From NCBI GenBank assembly GCA_028826165.1, contig JAPDFW010000063.1, forward strand, positions 1,240,001 to 1,304,000: a DNA stretch of 64,000 bases. The letters are read 5' to 3'. The notes under the pieces were generated by a model. The model did no database searches and was not told the origin of the DNA. It saw nothing but the letters and a program-made list of their open reading frames with translations. This DNA comes from Anaeramoeba ignava BMAN. Its lineage: Eukaryota > Protista > Anaeramoebae. A program made the translations under genes and the position numbers. Numbering within the stretch: the stretch's first letter is position 1; each line of letters opens with the position of its first letter. Below, one piece after another: positions 28,866 through 41,800 of the stretch.

Positions 28866-30370
28866 ATTATTTTATTTATAATTTGATTTATTATTTAATT
28901 TATTATTTAATTTAGGATTTAATTTATAATTTAATTTATAATTTGATTTATGATTTGATTTATAATTTAATTTATAATTTAATTTATAATTTAATTTATG
29001 ATTTAATTTATAATTTAATTTATGATTTGATTTATAATTTAATTTATAATTTTATTTATAATTTGATTTATGATTTTATTTATTATTTAATTTATTATTT
29101 AATTTATTATTTATTTATTATTTAATTTATTATTTAATTTATTATTTAATTTATTATTTGATTTATGATTTGATTTATAATTTAATTTATAATTTAATTT
29201 ATAATTTATTTATGATTTAATTTATAATTTAATTTATAATTTTATTTATAATTTAATTCATTATTTAATTTTGATTTATTATTTAATTTATTATTTTATT
29301 TTTTTTATTTTTTATGATTTTAATTTATTTATTTTTTTAATTTATAATTTTATTTATTATTTAATTTATGATTTAATTTGTGATTTTATTTATTATTTAA
29401 TTTATTATTTAATTTATAATTTAATTTTGGATTTGATTTATGATTTTATTTATAATTTTATTTTTTGGATTTAATTGTGATTTTATTTATTATTTAATTT
29501 TTGGATTTTATTTATTATTTAATTATGGATTTAATTGTGATTTTATTTATTATTTAATTTATTATTTAATTTATAATTTTATTTTATAATTTTATTTATA
29601 ATTTAATTTATAATTTAATTTATAATTTTATTTATTATTTGATTTATAATTTAATTTATTATTTAATTTATTATTTAATTTATAATTTGATTTATTATTT
29701 AATTTATTATTTAATTTATAATTTTATTTATAATTTAATTTATAATTTTATTTATAATTTAATTCATTATTTAATTTTTGGATTTAATTTATTATTTAAT
29801 TTATTATTTAATTTTGGATTTAATTTATTATTTTATTTATGATTTAATTTATTATTTAATTTATAATTTTATTTATTATTTAATTTATTATTTAATTTTG
29901 GATTTAATTTTGGATTTGATTTATGATTTAATTGTGATTTAATTTATAATTTAATTTATAATTTAATTTATGATTTAATTTATAATTTTATTTTATAATT
30001 TTATTTATAATTTAATTTATAATTTAATTGTGATTTAATTTATGATTTTATTTATAATTTGATTTATAATTTAATTTATTATTTTATTTATTATTTAATT
30101 TATGATTTAATTTGTGATTTTATTTATTATTTAATTTATTATTTGATTTATAATTTAATTTATAATAATTTTTTAATTTTGATTTGATTTATAATTTAAT
30201 TTATAATTTAATTTATAATTTTATTTATAATTTGATTTATGATTTTATTTATAATTTAATTTATAATTTTATTTATAATTTAATTTATAATTTTATTTAT
30301 AATTTGATTTTGGATTTTATTTATTATTTAATTTATAATTTAATTTATAATTTGATTTGCGATTTAATTT
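28866..30370. repeat. Intergenic 12-mer minisatellite (TTTAATTTATAA)n between convergent genes
   Basis: Degenerate tandem array seen directly. Confidence 0.9.
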
Positions 30371-30527
30371 GAAGAAATTAAAGTAATTGAATTGATCATG
30401 TGGAATTTTTGTTTTATTGAAAATTTTGTTTTGATTTGATTTGATTTGAGAAAAAGAAAAAAGAAAAATTATAAACAAAAAACAAAACAAGAAGAAAAAA
30501 AAGAAAAAAAAGAAAAAAAGAAAAAAA

Positions 30528-30806
30528 TTATTTAAAGAGTTTGCCAAGATCAGAATTAGATAATTTACCTTTCATTGAACCAAATTGATTTATAGAGAAA
30601 TAAGAATTATGAAAAATAGGTTCAAAAGGAATTAAACCAAACAACTTCATTCTAGAAAGATTATCCTTATCATTTTTTCTGTTTGATTTTGTTTGAAAAT
30701 TATTTGTTTTTTCTTCTTCATAATTTGAATTGATTGTTATTTCTTCCATCTTTATATCATTTTCTGGAGGAGAATCTTCTTTATCTGTTATTGATTTTAT
30801 GTTCAT
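30528..30806 (-). CDS. Hypothetical 92-aa protein, possibly with a 5'-UTR intron (30941-30827)
   Basis: Non-repetitive ORF with coding-like composition. GTAAAT donor and TTAG acceptor lie upstream. Confidence 0.5.
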   Translation of the reverse strand: MNIKSITDKEDSPPENDIKMEEITINSNYEEEKTNNFQTKSNRKNDKDNLSRMKLFGLIPFEPIFHNSYFSINQFGSMKGKLSNSDLGKLFK

Positions 30807-31665
30807 TCTCCAAATTGGAAAAAAACCTAATTTTGTTTTTAAAAAATTTTCAACTCTTTTTATTTGTTTTTTGTTTATTAATAAAATTAAATTAAATTAA
30901 ATTATTTTTTAATTTGAATTATTTTTTAATTTAATATTTACTTGTTTGTTGTTTGTTATTTGTTATTTGATATTTGTTTTATATTTTTTTTCAATAATAT
31001 CAAATTATTTATTATTATTCTTTATTAAAAAAAACTTAAAAAAAAAAAATCAATAAAGTTTTTATTTTTGATAAAATAAAAGTGAAAAAAAAAACAAAAA
31101 CAAAAAAAACAATTAAAAAAAAAAATTTAAAATTTCTCCTTTTTCTTTTTCTCCTTTTAAAAATTAAAATTAAAAATTAAAAATTAAAAAAATTGATATA
31201 AAAAATTTATTTAATTTGAAATTTAGAATTCCTTTTCAATTCTGTTCATTTTTGTTTTAAAAATTTTGAATAAAAAAAAAAGTGGAATAAAAAAAAAAAG
31301 TGGAATAAAAAAAATTTTGATTTTGAACTTGAAATATTGAATTTGAATTTGAAATTGAAATTGGAATTGAAATTGAATTTGAATTTAAATTTGAAATTGA
31401 AATTGAATTTGAATTTGAAATATTGAATTTGAATTTGAATTTGAATTTGAATTTAATTATAAATTTGATTATAAATTTGATTAGAAATTTGATTAGAAAT
31501 TTGATTAGAAATTTGATTAGAAATTTAATTGAAAATTTGATTAGAAATTTGATTATAAATTTGATTATAAATTTGATTATAAATTTGAAATTTGATTATA
31601 AATTTGATTATAAATTTGATCAAAAATTTAAATAAAAATTTAATTATAAATAATAGAAGAAAATT

Positions 31666-32913
31666 TCAATTTGCAATTTGAGAGTTTTTAACAAAAATCA
31701 TTAAACCATGTTTATGATTAGTTGCATTAACCAAACCTAAGCGCCTATGCAAAAAAGCAGCAAGACCTCTTCTAGTATTTCTATATTCTTTTGATTTAAT
31801 TTTTTTCGAACTATTTGGAACTTTCAAACTTTGCATTTCACTTTCTTTTCCTTGCAATCTAAGCAACAAATTAATAACACGATCAGTGATTTCAACTCTT
31901 TCTGGTGGAATTCCTGTTTTCAAATAGTTTTCAAACGTGTCTGAAGTCCATCCTTTAATAGAATTTGGAAAATTTTCAGCAATTAAATCAAGTCTTTTTC
32001 CAATTTTTGGAAGAGGTTGTTTACTTAGTGATTTCCGAAATTTTTCAACTAATTCTTGATTAAATTCATTTGAATCAGAAAATAGATTGGAATCTTCGTC
32101 TTCTTCTTCTTGGAATTTCTTTCGTTTATGTGAAGTTACTCTTCTTTTGAAATTTTTTGATTTTGATTTTTGATTTTGATTTTGATTTTGATTTTGATTT
32201 TGATTTTGATTTTGATTTTGATTTTGATTTTGATTTTGATTTTGATTTTGATTTAAATAAATTTTTGGTTTTGATTTTGATTTTGATTTTGATTTTGATT
32301 TTGATTTTGGTTTTGATTTCTTTTTTCGTTGTTTTCCAGAAAAATTATCATCATCTTCGCTCTCATTTGAATTTTCCCAAAAATTAGATGAATTATTTGA
32401 CAAATTAAATAAATAATCATTTGATTCATAAAAATGGGAATTCATCAAATTTTCGTTTTCAATAAATTTTTCTTGTTGAAAATTCTCAAAAGAATTATTA
32501 AAAGGAGAAATATGAAAAAAACGGGGGATATTTTTAAGTGGTTTAATATAATAAGAACGAAGAACTAAATCATCACAAACGCAATTAAAATCTTTGTTAT
32601 TATTTGGGTTAAAAAAATGAGATTTTTCAGTGCAATTTTTAGAAAAACAAAATTGATCATGAAAAAAATTAAAATTTTCATTTTGTTCAAAATCAAGTGT
32701 TAAATTGAGATCGTTATTATTAAATGTTTTTTTATTCGTTTTAATTTTTTCCACTTTGTTTTCTTTTCTTGTTTTGTTTTCGAAAATGTGTGTTTTCTCT
32801 GTTATTATAAAACTTGGTCTTATATATTCTTTTGTTTGTATTTGTAATTCAAGTTCAAAATCTAAATCTGAAGAAGGATTTGGAAAAAAATGTTCAATAG
32901 AAACTTCAACCAT
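31666..32913 (-). CDS. Hypothetical protein (415 aa) with KS and NQ tracts and a basic C-terminal domain
   Basis: Long intronless ORF; no family recognised. Confidence 0.75.
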   Translation of the reverse strand: MVEVSIEHFFPNPSSDLDFELELQIQTKEYIRPSFIITEKTHIFENKTRKENKVEKIKTNKKTFNNNDLNLTLDFEQNENFNFFHDQFCFSKNCTEKSHFFNPNNNKDFNCVCDDLVLRSYYIKPLKNIPRFFHISPFNNSFENFQQEKFIENENLMNSHFYESNDYLFNLSNNSSNFWENSNESEDDDNFSGKQRKKKSKPKSKSKSKSKSKSKPKIYLNQNQNQNQNQNQNQNQNQNQNQNQNQNQKSKSKNFKRRVTSHKRKKFQEEEDEDSNLFSDSNEFNQELVEKFRKSLSKQPLPKIGKRLDLIAENFPNSIKGWTSDTFENYLKTGIPPERVEITDRVINLLLRLQGKESEMQSLKVPNSSKKIKSKEYRNTRRGLAAFLHRRLGLVNATNHKHGLMIFVKNSQIAN

Positions 32914-33627
32914 TAAGTATTTATTTAATTAAAAACAAAGAAAAGTGAAAAAAGAAAAAAAGAAAAAAGAAAAAAAAAGAGAAAAGAAGAAAAAAAAATT
33001 TTTCTTTTTTTTGAAAGAAGAAAAATGAAAAAATTTATTTATATTTTTTTTTTAATTTAAATTTTTTATTTTTTTGATTTTAAAATCCCCTTTTTTTCTT
33101 TTATTATTTTGAATCAATGAAAAAATTATAATTAAATTAATTAAAATTTTAATTAAATTTAAATTAAATTTATAATTAAATTTTTTAATTTGATCTTCCA
33201 CTTTTTTAATTAAAATTTATTTAAATTTTTTTTTATTTAAAATTTCAATTCTATTTGCTTTATTTATTTTAATTTAAATTTTAGTTTTTTTTTATTAAAT
33301 CAAATTAACCCAAATTATTGATTTGATCTTATTAAATTTAATTAAATTTGATTTAATTTCTTAATTAAAAAAAAAATTTAAATAAAAAATGTGGAAAAAT
33401 GGATTTTTTTTATTTTTTAAAAAACAATAACTCAAATAATAAATTAATCAATAGATTTCATTTAATTGATTAATTGTTTGATTTTGAGTTTTTTTTTTTT
33501 ATTTTATTTTTAATTTTGTTTGATCTTTTTTTAATCCAATAAATTTAAAATTTTCCCCATTTTTTTTCTCCTTTATTTTTAATTCAATTCCTTTTTTTTT
33601 GTTTTTGAAATGATTAAAAATAAAAAT

Positions 33628-34495
33628 CTAAATATAAATCTAAATATAAATATAAATCTTTAAAATATAAATCTTTAAAATATAAATATAAATATAAATA
33701 TAAATATAAATATAAATATAAATATAAATCAAAATCTAAATATAAATATAAATATAAATATAAATATAAATATAAATATAAATATAAATATAAATATAAA
33801 TATAAAATATAAATATAAATATAAATATAAATATAAATATAAATATAAATATAAATATAAATATAAATATAAATATAAATATAAATATAAATATAAATAT
33901 AAATATAAATATAAATATAAATATAAATATAAATATAAATATAAATATAAATATAAATATAAATATAAATATAAATATAAATATAAATATAAATATAAAT
34001 ATAAATATAAATATAAATATAAATATAAATATAAATATAAATATAAATATAAATATAAATATAAATATAAAATAAATATAAAATATATAAATACTAAAAA
34101 TAAAATATAATTATAAATATAAATATAAATATAAATCTAAATATAAAATCAAATATAAAAATAAATAAAATAAAATATAAATATAAATATAAATATAAAT
34201 ATAAATATAAATATAAATATAAATATAAATATAAATATAAATATAAATATAAATATAAATATAAATATAAATATAAATATAAATATAAATATAAATCTAA
34301 ATATAAATATAATTATAAATATAAATATAAATATAAATATAAATATAAATATAAATATAAATATAAATATAAATATAAATATAAATATAAATATAAATAT
34401 AAATATAAATATAAATCTAAATATAAATATAAATATAAATATAAATCTAAATCAAAATATAAATATAAATATAATTATAAATATTTAAAATATAA
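33628..34495. repeat. Intergenic microsatellite (AAATAT)n
   Basis: Near-perfect hexamer array. Confidence 0.95.
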
Positions 34496-34546
34496 ATCGA
34501 ATAAAAATTAGAATGGATTTAGCTTTTAATGAAAATGGAAAAAAAA

Positions 34547-37500
34547 TCATTTGCGAAAAGAATTATAATTGTATTCATCAATCCACTTTTTGAACCATTG
34601 CCTTTCAATATCTCTTGCTTGTATAACATCCTGAGGATCCAAAGGATTTGAGTAACGAAGATCAAGATGATGAGCACCAGAAGGGATAATAATAGCAATC
34701 AAAGTATCAGAAATTGATTGAAGAACGCCACCACCAGACCAAGGGTCTTTCAATCCATTTGAGAAGATAATATTTGAGAAAACTGGAGATATTTTTTCCA
34801 GCATATTGAAGTTTGATCCAATTTTCACGAGGCTCAACATGAAAAGCACTCTTGCAGTACTGGACATACTCAGGATAATTCCAAACACTTGGTTCGAACA
34901 TGTCTTCAATCCCTGTTGTTGACATTGGGAAAATCATTTCTGTGCAAGCTTGATAATTCCATTGCAAATCACTAAGATTCGCAGTTGCGGATTGCGAGAG
35001 ATTAAAACAAGGAGCGGATCCAGTGTAATTATAATAAACGTTTATCCCCACTCGAACCTTTTCAATAATATCCCCCGAAGATTTATGCATTAATTCGCAT
35101 AAATAATCAATTGGATTTCCGGGAAGTGGTTCCAAAAAGTTTGCTGGATAGGGATAATCCACCATTGCGAGATATGTCCATCCGTTAACGAACCAATTGA
35201 TGAGATCATTTACATCCGTTAATGGTGTGCATAGTTTGAATTCTTCTGTTAATATTTGTAATCCGTTGGGTTCTTTCGCTTTTGCTCGCAGAAGTTCCCA
35301 TGATTCTCTTATTGTATTCGCACATTCGCTTGTGTAATCTCGTGTTGTAATGTCGTAAAATATCGTCGTGTTTTCTGTCATTCCTGCAAATTGTAGTATA
35401 GGTGCAGATGCTGCTAGTGATCCAACAAAGATGTGTGGGTATCTCATTCTAATCCAAGCTGAGAGCATTCCACCTTTTTATTTCATTATTTGATTTTAAA
35501 TATTGATTTAAATATTTGATTTAAATATTTGATTTAAATATTAAATTGATTTAAATATTATTTGATTTAAATATTTGATTTAAATATTTGATTTAAATAT
35601 TATTTGATTTAAATATTTGATTTAAATATTTGATTTTAAATATTATTTAAATATTATTTGATTTAAATATTTGATTTAAATATTTGATTTAAATATTTGA
35701 TTTAAATATTAATTGATTTAAATATTTTTTGATTTAATTATTTGATTTAAATATTATTTGATTTAAATATTAATTGATTTAAATATTAATTGAATTTATT
35801 TGATTTAAATATTTGATTTAAATATTTGATTTAAATATTTATTGATTTAAATATTTATTTGATTTTAAATTGATTTAAATATTTTTGATTTAAATATTTT
35901 TGATTTTAAATATTAATTGATTTAAATATTATTGATTTAAATATTTATTTGATTTAAATATTTATTTGATTTAAATATTTATTTGATTTAAAATATTTAT
36001 TTGATTTAAAAATTTATTTAAATATTTATTTGATTTAAATATTGATTTAAATATTAATTGATTTTAAATATTTATTGATTTAAATATTAATTGATTTTAA
36101 ATATTAATTGATTTTTGATTTTAAATATTAATTGATTTAAATATTTTGATTGAATTAAATATTAATTGATTTTAAATATTATTTTATTTAAAATGATAAT
36201 TGATTTAAATATTATTTGATTTAAATATTTGATAATTTGATTTAAATATTAAATTTGATTTGAAATATTTATTGATTTGATTTAAATATTAATTGATTTA
36301 AATATTTATTTGATTTAAATATTAATTTAATTAAATATTAATTGATTTAAATATTATTTTATTTAAATATTAATTGATTTAAATATTTATTTGATTTAAA
36401 TAATTGATTTAAATATTTATTGAATTAAATATTTATTGAATTAAATATTAATTGAATTAAATATTAATTGATTTAAATATTAATTGATTTAAATATTAAT
36501 TGATTTAAATATTAATTGATTTAAATATTTATTTGATTTAAATAATTGAATTAAATATTTTTTGATTTAAATATTATTTTATTTAAATATTAATTGATTT
36601 AAATATTTATTTGATTTAAATATTTATTGAATTAAATATTTATTTGATTTAAATATTAATTGATTTAAATATTAATTGATTTAAATATTTGATTTAAATA
36701 TTTGATTTAAATATTTATTGATTTATTAATTGAATCTAATTACCATAACTTCCACCAATTGCAATTACAGGAGAATTTTCAAGACCAGGTGTTGATTGCT
36801 TTAAAGCTGTAACTAAAGTAGCATGATCTGCAAGAGCTTGTTCAGCAGTTAAATATCTAAGATTTGGAGGATTATCATTTTGACCAGGAACAATACTTTC
36901 TCCATAATATCGATGTTCAGAGAAAATTATACAAGGAAAATATTCTCCACTTTGTGCAAATAAAGAAGCAGTTTCCCACATAAATCCAGTATTACTTGCA
37001 AACCATTCAATATCTCCTTCCTAATTTTAATTTTGATTTTAATTTTAATTTTAATTTTAATTTTAATTTTAATTTTAATTATCAATTTTAATTTTAATTT
37101 TAATTTTAATTTTAATTTTAATTTTAATTTTAATTTTAATTTTAATTTTAATTTTAATTTTAATTTTAATTTTAATTTTAATTTTAATTTTAATTTTAAT
37201 TTTAATTTTAATTTTAATTTCAATTAATTATTAATTATTAATTTTAATTTTAATTTTAATTTTAATTTTAATTTTAATTTTAATTTTAATTTAATTTTAA
37301 TTTTAATTTTAATTTTAATTTTAATTTTAATTTTAATGTTAATTTTAATGTTAATTTTAATTTTGATTTTAATTTTAATTTTAATTTTAATTTTAATTTT
37401 AATTTTAATTTTAATTTTGATTATAATTTTAATTATAAATTTTAATTTTGATTTTTGATTTTAGTTTTAATTTTAATTTTAATTATAATGTTAATTTTGG

Positions 37501-37777
37501 TTATAATTTTAATTATAAATGTTAATTTTACATTTCCAGTATAAAAGAAAATTGGACCACCAGGTTTCCAATATTCAAAATCAACTAAATAACGTTGACT
37601 AAAATTTTGAATAGGTAATGTAAATCCAAAATGATCAACAACTTGTTGATAATATCTAACTTCATAATTGTATTTCACAGATTTTTCTTGAAAGGATTTG
37701 TTTGGAAGAATTGAATAAATTTGTTTATTGAATAATAAAATCAATAAAACAAAAAGTAAAAAGAATTTCAAATTCAT
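34547..37777 (-). CDS. PRCP: Lysosomal Pro-X carboxypeptidase, peptidase S28 (exons 37777-37532, 37020-36744, 35473-34547; 1-nt frameshift at about 34780)
   Basis: Signal peptide, QVVDHFGF, GGPIFFYTGNEGDI, EHRYYGES, catalytic GGSYGGML, AASAPI, YQACTEM, FSNGLKDPW and GAHHLDLR. Confidence 0.93.
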
Positions 37778-37984
37778 TTGTTAAACAAAAAAAATGAAAA
37801 AAAAAATGAAAAAAAATGAAAAAAATTATTTGTTTTTTTTGTTGTTTTTTTTTTGATGAATTCAATTTTTTTTTGGTTTTCTTTTAAAAAAAAAAAGAAG
37901 ATTAAAAATAGAGAACAGAAAAAGAAAAAAAATAAATCACTTTAAAAAATCATTTGGAAAATATTCGTAAATTAATAATTAAAA

Positions 37985-38870
37985 TAATTGAATTTGAATT
38001 TGAAATTAAAATTGAATTTAGAATTAGAATTAAAATTTGAATTTAAAATTAAAATTAAATTTGAAATTGTAAATGAAATTAAAATTAGAATTAGAATTGA
38101 ATTTGAAATTAAAATTAAAATTAAAATTAAAATTAAAATTAAAATTAAAATTGTAATTGAATTTGAATTTGAAATTGAATTTGAATTTGAAATTGAAATT
38201 AAAATTGAATTTGAAATTAAAATTAAAATTAAAATTGAATTTGAAATTGAAATTGAAATTTAAATTAAAATTGAAATTGAAATTGAAATTTAAAATTAAA
38301 ATTGAATTTGAAATTGAATTTGAAATTGAAATTAGAATTGAATTTGAATTTGAATTTGAAATTGAAATTGAAATTGAAATTAAAATTAGAATTAAAATTG
38401 AATTTGAAATTAAAATTAGAATTTGAAATTGAAATTGAAATTGAAATTAAAATTGAAATTGAAATTAAAATTAGAATTAAAATTAAAATTAAAATTGAAT
38501 TTGAAATTATAATTGAAATTAAAATTAAAATTGAATTTGAAATTGAAATTAAAATTAAAATAGAATTTGAAATTGAAATTGAAATAGAAATTGAAATAGA
38601 ATTTGAAATTAAAATTGAATTTGAAATTGAATTTATAATTGATTAAAATTAAAATAGAATTAAAATAAATTAAATTTGAAATTAAATTTGAAATTAAATT
38701 TGAAATTGAAATTGAAATTGAAATTGAAATTGAAATTGAAATTGAAATTAAAATTGAATTTGAAATTGAAATTATAATTAAAATTAAAATTAAAATTAAA
38801 TTAAATTAAATTTGAAATTAAATTTGAAATTGAATTTGAATTTGAAATTGAAATTGAATTTGAAATTAAA
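37985..38870. repeat. Intergenic degenerate hexamer array (AAATTG/AAATTA/GAATTT)n
   Basis: Seen directly. Confidence 0.9.
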
Positions 38871-38878
38871 TGAAAAAA

Positions 38879-41800
38879 TCATTTCAAATCTTCAAATGAT
38901 GATAAAATAAAAACTTGATGTGATTCAAGTGTTTTTAAATGGGATTCAATTTGATGAATCTTATTCTTTTCTGTCGAAGAAAGAATTCCATGTTCTAACA
39001 ATTTTTTCTTTTCTTTTTCAAGTTTTTTAACTCTTTCTTGAGAATCAGCAAGCAAACGATTCAACTCATTTATAAATCGCCTGAATTTTTGATTTTCAGT
39101 TTCATTTTGGGGGATAATTAAGTCATTTTGGGGGATAATTAAGTCATTTTGGGGTTGATTTTGTTGATTGAAATATTGAGCCTTTAATTTTTTACGAAGA
39201 TTCAAACGTTCAATTTCAAGAAGAATTTCTTGAGTTTGACGTTCATTCTGCTCCAACTTGAACCTGATTTGCCTTTCCTCTTGGTCATCCAAAAGACGGG
39301 CATTGCGCTCGTTGAAGAGTGCTTGAAGTTGCTGGATTCTCTCCTTCATTTGTTTTGTTTGTGTTTGTTGATTTTCAAGTTCTTGAGCAACAGTTTTGAC
39401 GTGATCCACTTTTTCTTGAGCGCGTTTTGAAAGTTCTCCAATCTCCTGAATTTTGCTATTCAGCATCCTTGACAACTTGTCGTAATCAGTATGTGTTTGA
39501 CGCAGTTGAACCTCTTGCTGATCGTAGTTGAGATCCTGGGATTCCTTTTCCTGGGCGAGCTTGTTTTTAAGTGATTTTTTCCCGATTTCACAAAGTCTTC
39601 AAGAAGTTTTACTTTTTCTTCAAGTTGCGAAATTCGCACGCCAAACTTGGACATGGATTCTTCAAACTCGCGTGATAGCGATGCGTTTTCATTCAGTAAT
39701 TTTTGCGACTCTGATTTCTCCTTCTCAATTTCCTCTCTTAATTGCGTGATTATTTTGTTGTGTTTTTTTTGTTCTTCTTGAAGATTTAAATTTAGTTCCG
39801 AAATTTCATCTTCAAGAAGCTGGATTTTCTCGTTTTTCTCGCCGAGAATCCTATTCAGTTTTTTGATTTCTGAGAGTCTCTCATCAATTTTTGCATTTTG
39901 CTCTTCTTGCTGTTCACGTTTTTGTTTTTTCAATTCATCCATTTCTTTTTGGAGTTCAAGAATTTTTTGGCTGTCAATTTTTTGATTGTAATCAATAATG
40001 TTTTTCATTTTCTTGTTTTGCTGCGCTTCCTCCCGCAGACTAACCATCAACTGTTCATACTGCCGTGTTAAGGCTTCGTGGATCTCCTTGTTTTGCTTGA
40101 TATCTTGCGTCAAACTCTCGTACATTTCTTGTATTTTCTTGTTTTTTTCCTCCTCCTTTTTTCTGTGGAATTCTTCGATATTTTCTTCCGATTTTTTCAA
40201 TTCCTTTCTTTTTTCTTCAACTTCATTTTGTTTTGATTCCGTTATTTTTTTCATTTCCTCTATTTTTAGCTTCATCTTTTCATTTTCTTCCCCAATCTCC
40301 TCAATTCGTTTCTTTTTCTGCTTGTTTTTTGTCTTGATTTTTTGGATCGCATTATTCAAACTTGATTCATTGTCTCCAAATTCTTTAGCCACTTTATCCA
40401 ACGCCATTTTTTCGTTCTCAAAAATTTCCCGATTTTTCACGATATTTTCTTCGTTTTGTTTCAATTGAAGATCCGCCTCTTCGTTTTTGCTTGTGAATTC
40501 TGTTTCTTGGTTTTTCAATTCCCAAAAAAACTCTTCGTTTTCCTGACTTAATTTTTCAATCTGTTTTTTTTGCTCAGAAATTGTTTTTTTCAACTTCAAA
40601 CTTTCCTCATCATCATTATTATTATTTCCATTATTATTTTTATTTCCGTTTTTGTTATCCTTGACTTTTTTATCGTGCTCCTTTTTTAACTCTTGTAATT
40701 TTTGCACTTTTTTTTTCTCGTCTCGAATTTCCGTTTTTAATCCTTCTTGTTCTTTTTTGATTATTTTCATTTCCTCAACAATTTGTTGTTTTTCCTCAAA
40801 AATATTTGATTTGATTGAATGCATGTTTTTTCCACTAAATTGCTGCTTGTCCAAAATTTCTTGCAAATGTTCTTGTTTTTCTTTGAGTTTCGAAATTTGT
40901 TCGCGATAATTTTCTTCCAACATATTTTTTTCATTTTGCGATTCTTTGATTTGCTGTTCCAATTTGCTCAACAATTGCAAGTCTTCTTGCGTTGCCAATT
41001 GAAAATTATTTTCATTTTTGCTTTGATTTTCCTCTTTTTCATTTTCTATTTGATTATCATTATCATTATTATTATCATTATCATTAATTTCGTTGATTGA
41101 AAAAAATTCAAGTTCTTTTTTTGCTTCTTCTAAATTTTTCTGTTCAGTTTTTAAATGTGTGAATAATTGTATTAATCGCTCTTCGTTGTTTTTTCTTAAA
41201 ATCATAAGCTCCCTTTGATAATTGTTTTCTATTTTCTTGAAAGTTAATGTGTTGAACTCTTGGAATCCTTGCATTTGTTTTCTGGGTGTTATTGCTTTTG
41301 GTGAGATTTTGGATTTCGAAAATTGTGATATTTTGGATTTTTCTTTTGTTTTGTTTTGTTTTTCGATTATAATGCTTTCTTTTTTGTATAAATTAATAAT
41401 TTCGTCCACCTTTTCAAGAAAATATTTCAAAAGTAAGAAATTAATTTTGAATTTAATTTTGAATTTAATTTTGAATTTAATTTTGAATTTAATTTATAAT
41501 TTTAATTTTAATTTAAATTTTAATTTTAAATTTAAATTTTAATTTTAATTTTAATTTTAATTTAAATTTTAATTTAATTTTAATTTAAATTTTAATTTTT
41601 TTAATTTAATTTTGAATTTAATTTGATCTGTTAAATTTTAATTTTAATTGATTTACTTCTTGATCTGTTGCTAATTTATGAAATATTTCTGAAAGATATG
41701 CAAAAATAGATTTTTCATCAATTGTTGAACTTATAAAATCTGAAGATTCTAAAAATTTTGGAACTCCAATTAATTCAAAAATTTCAAAAGCAATATCAAG

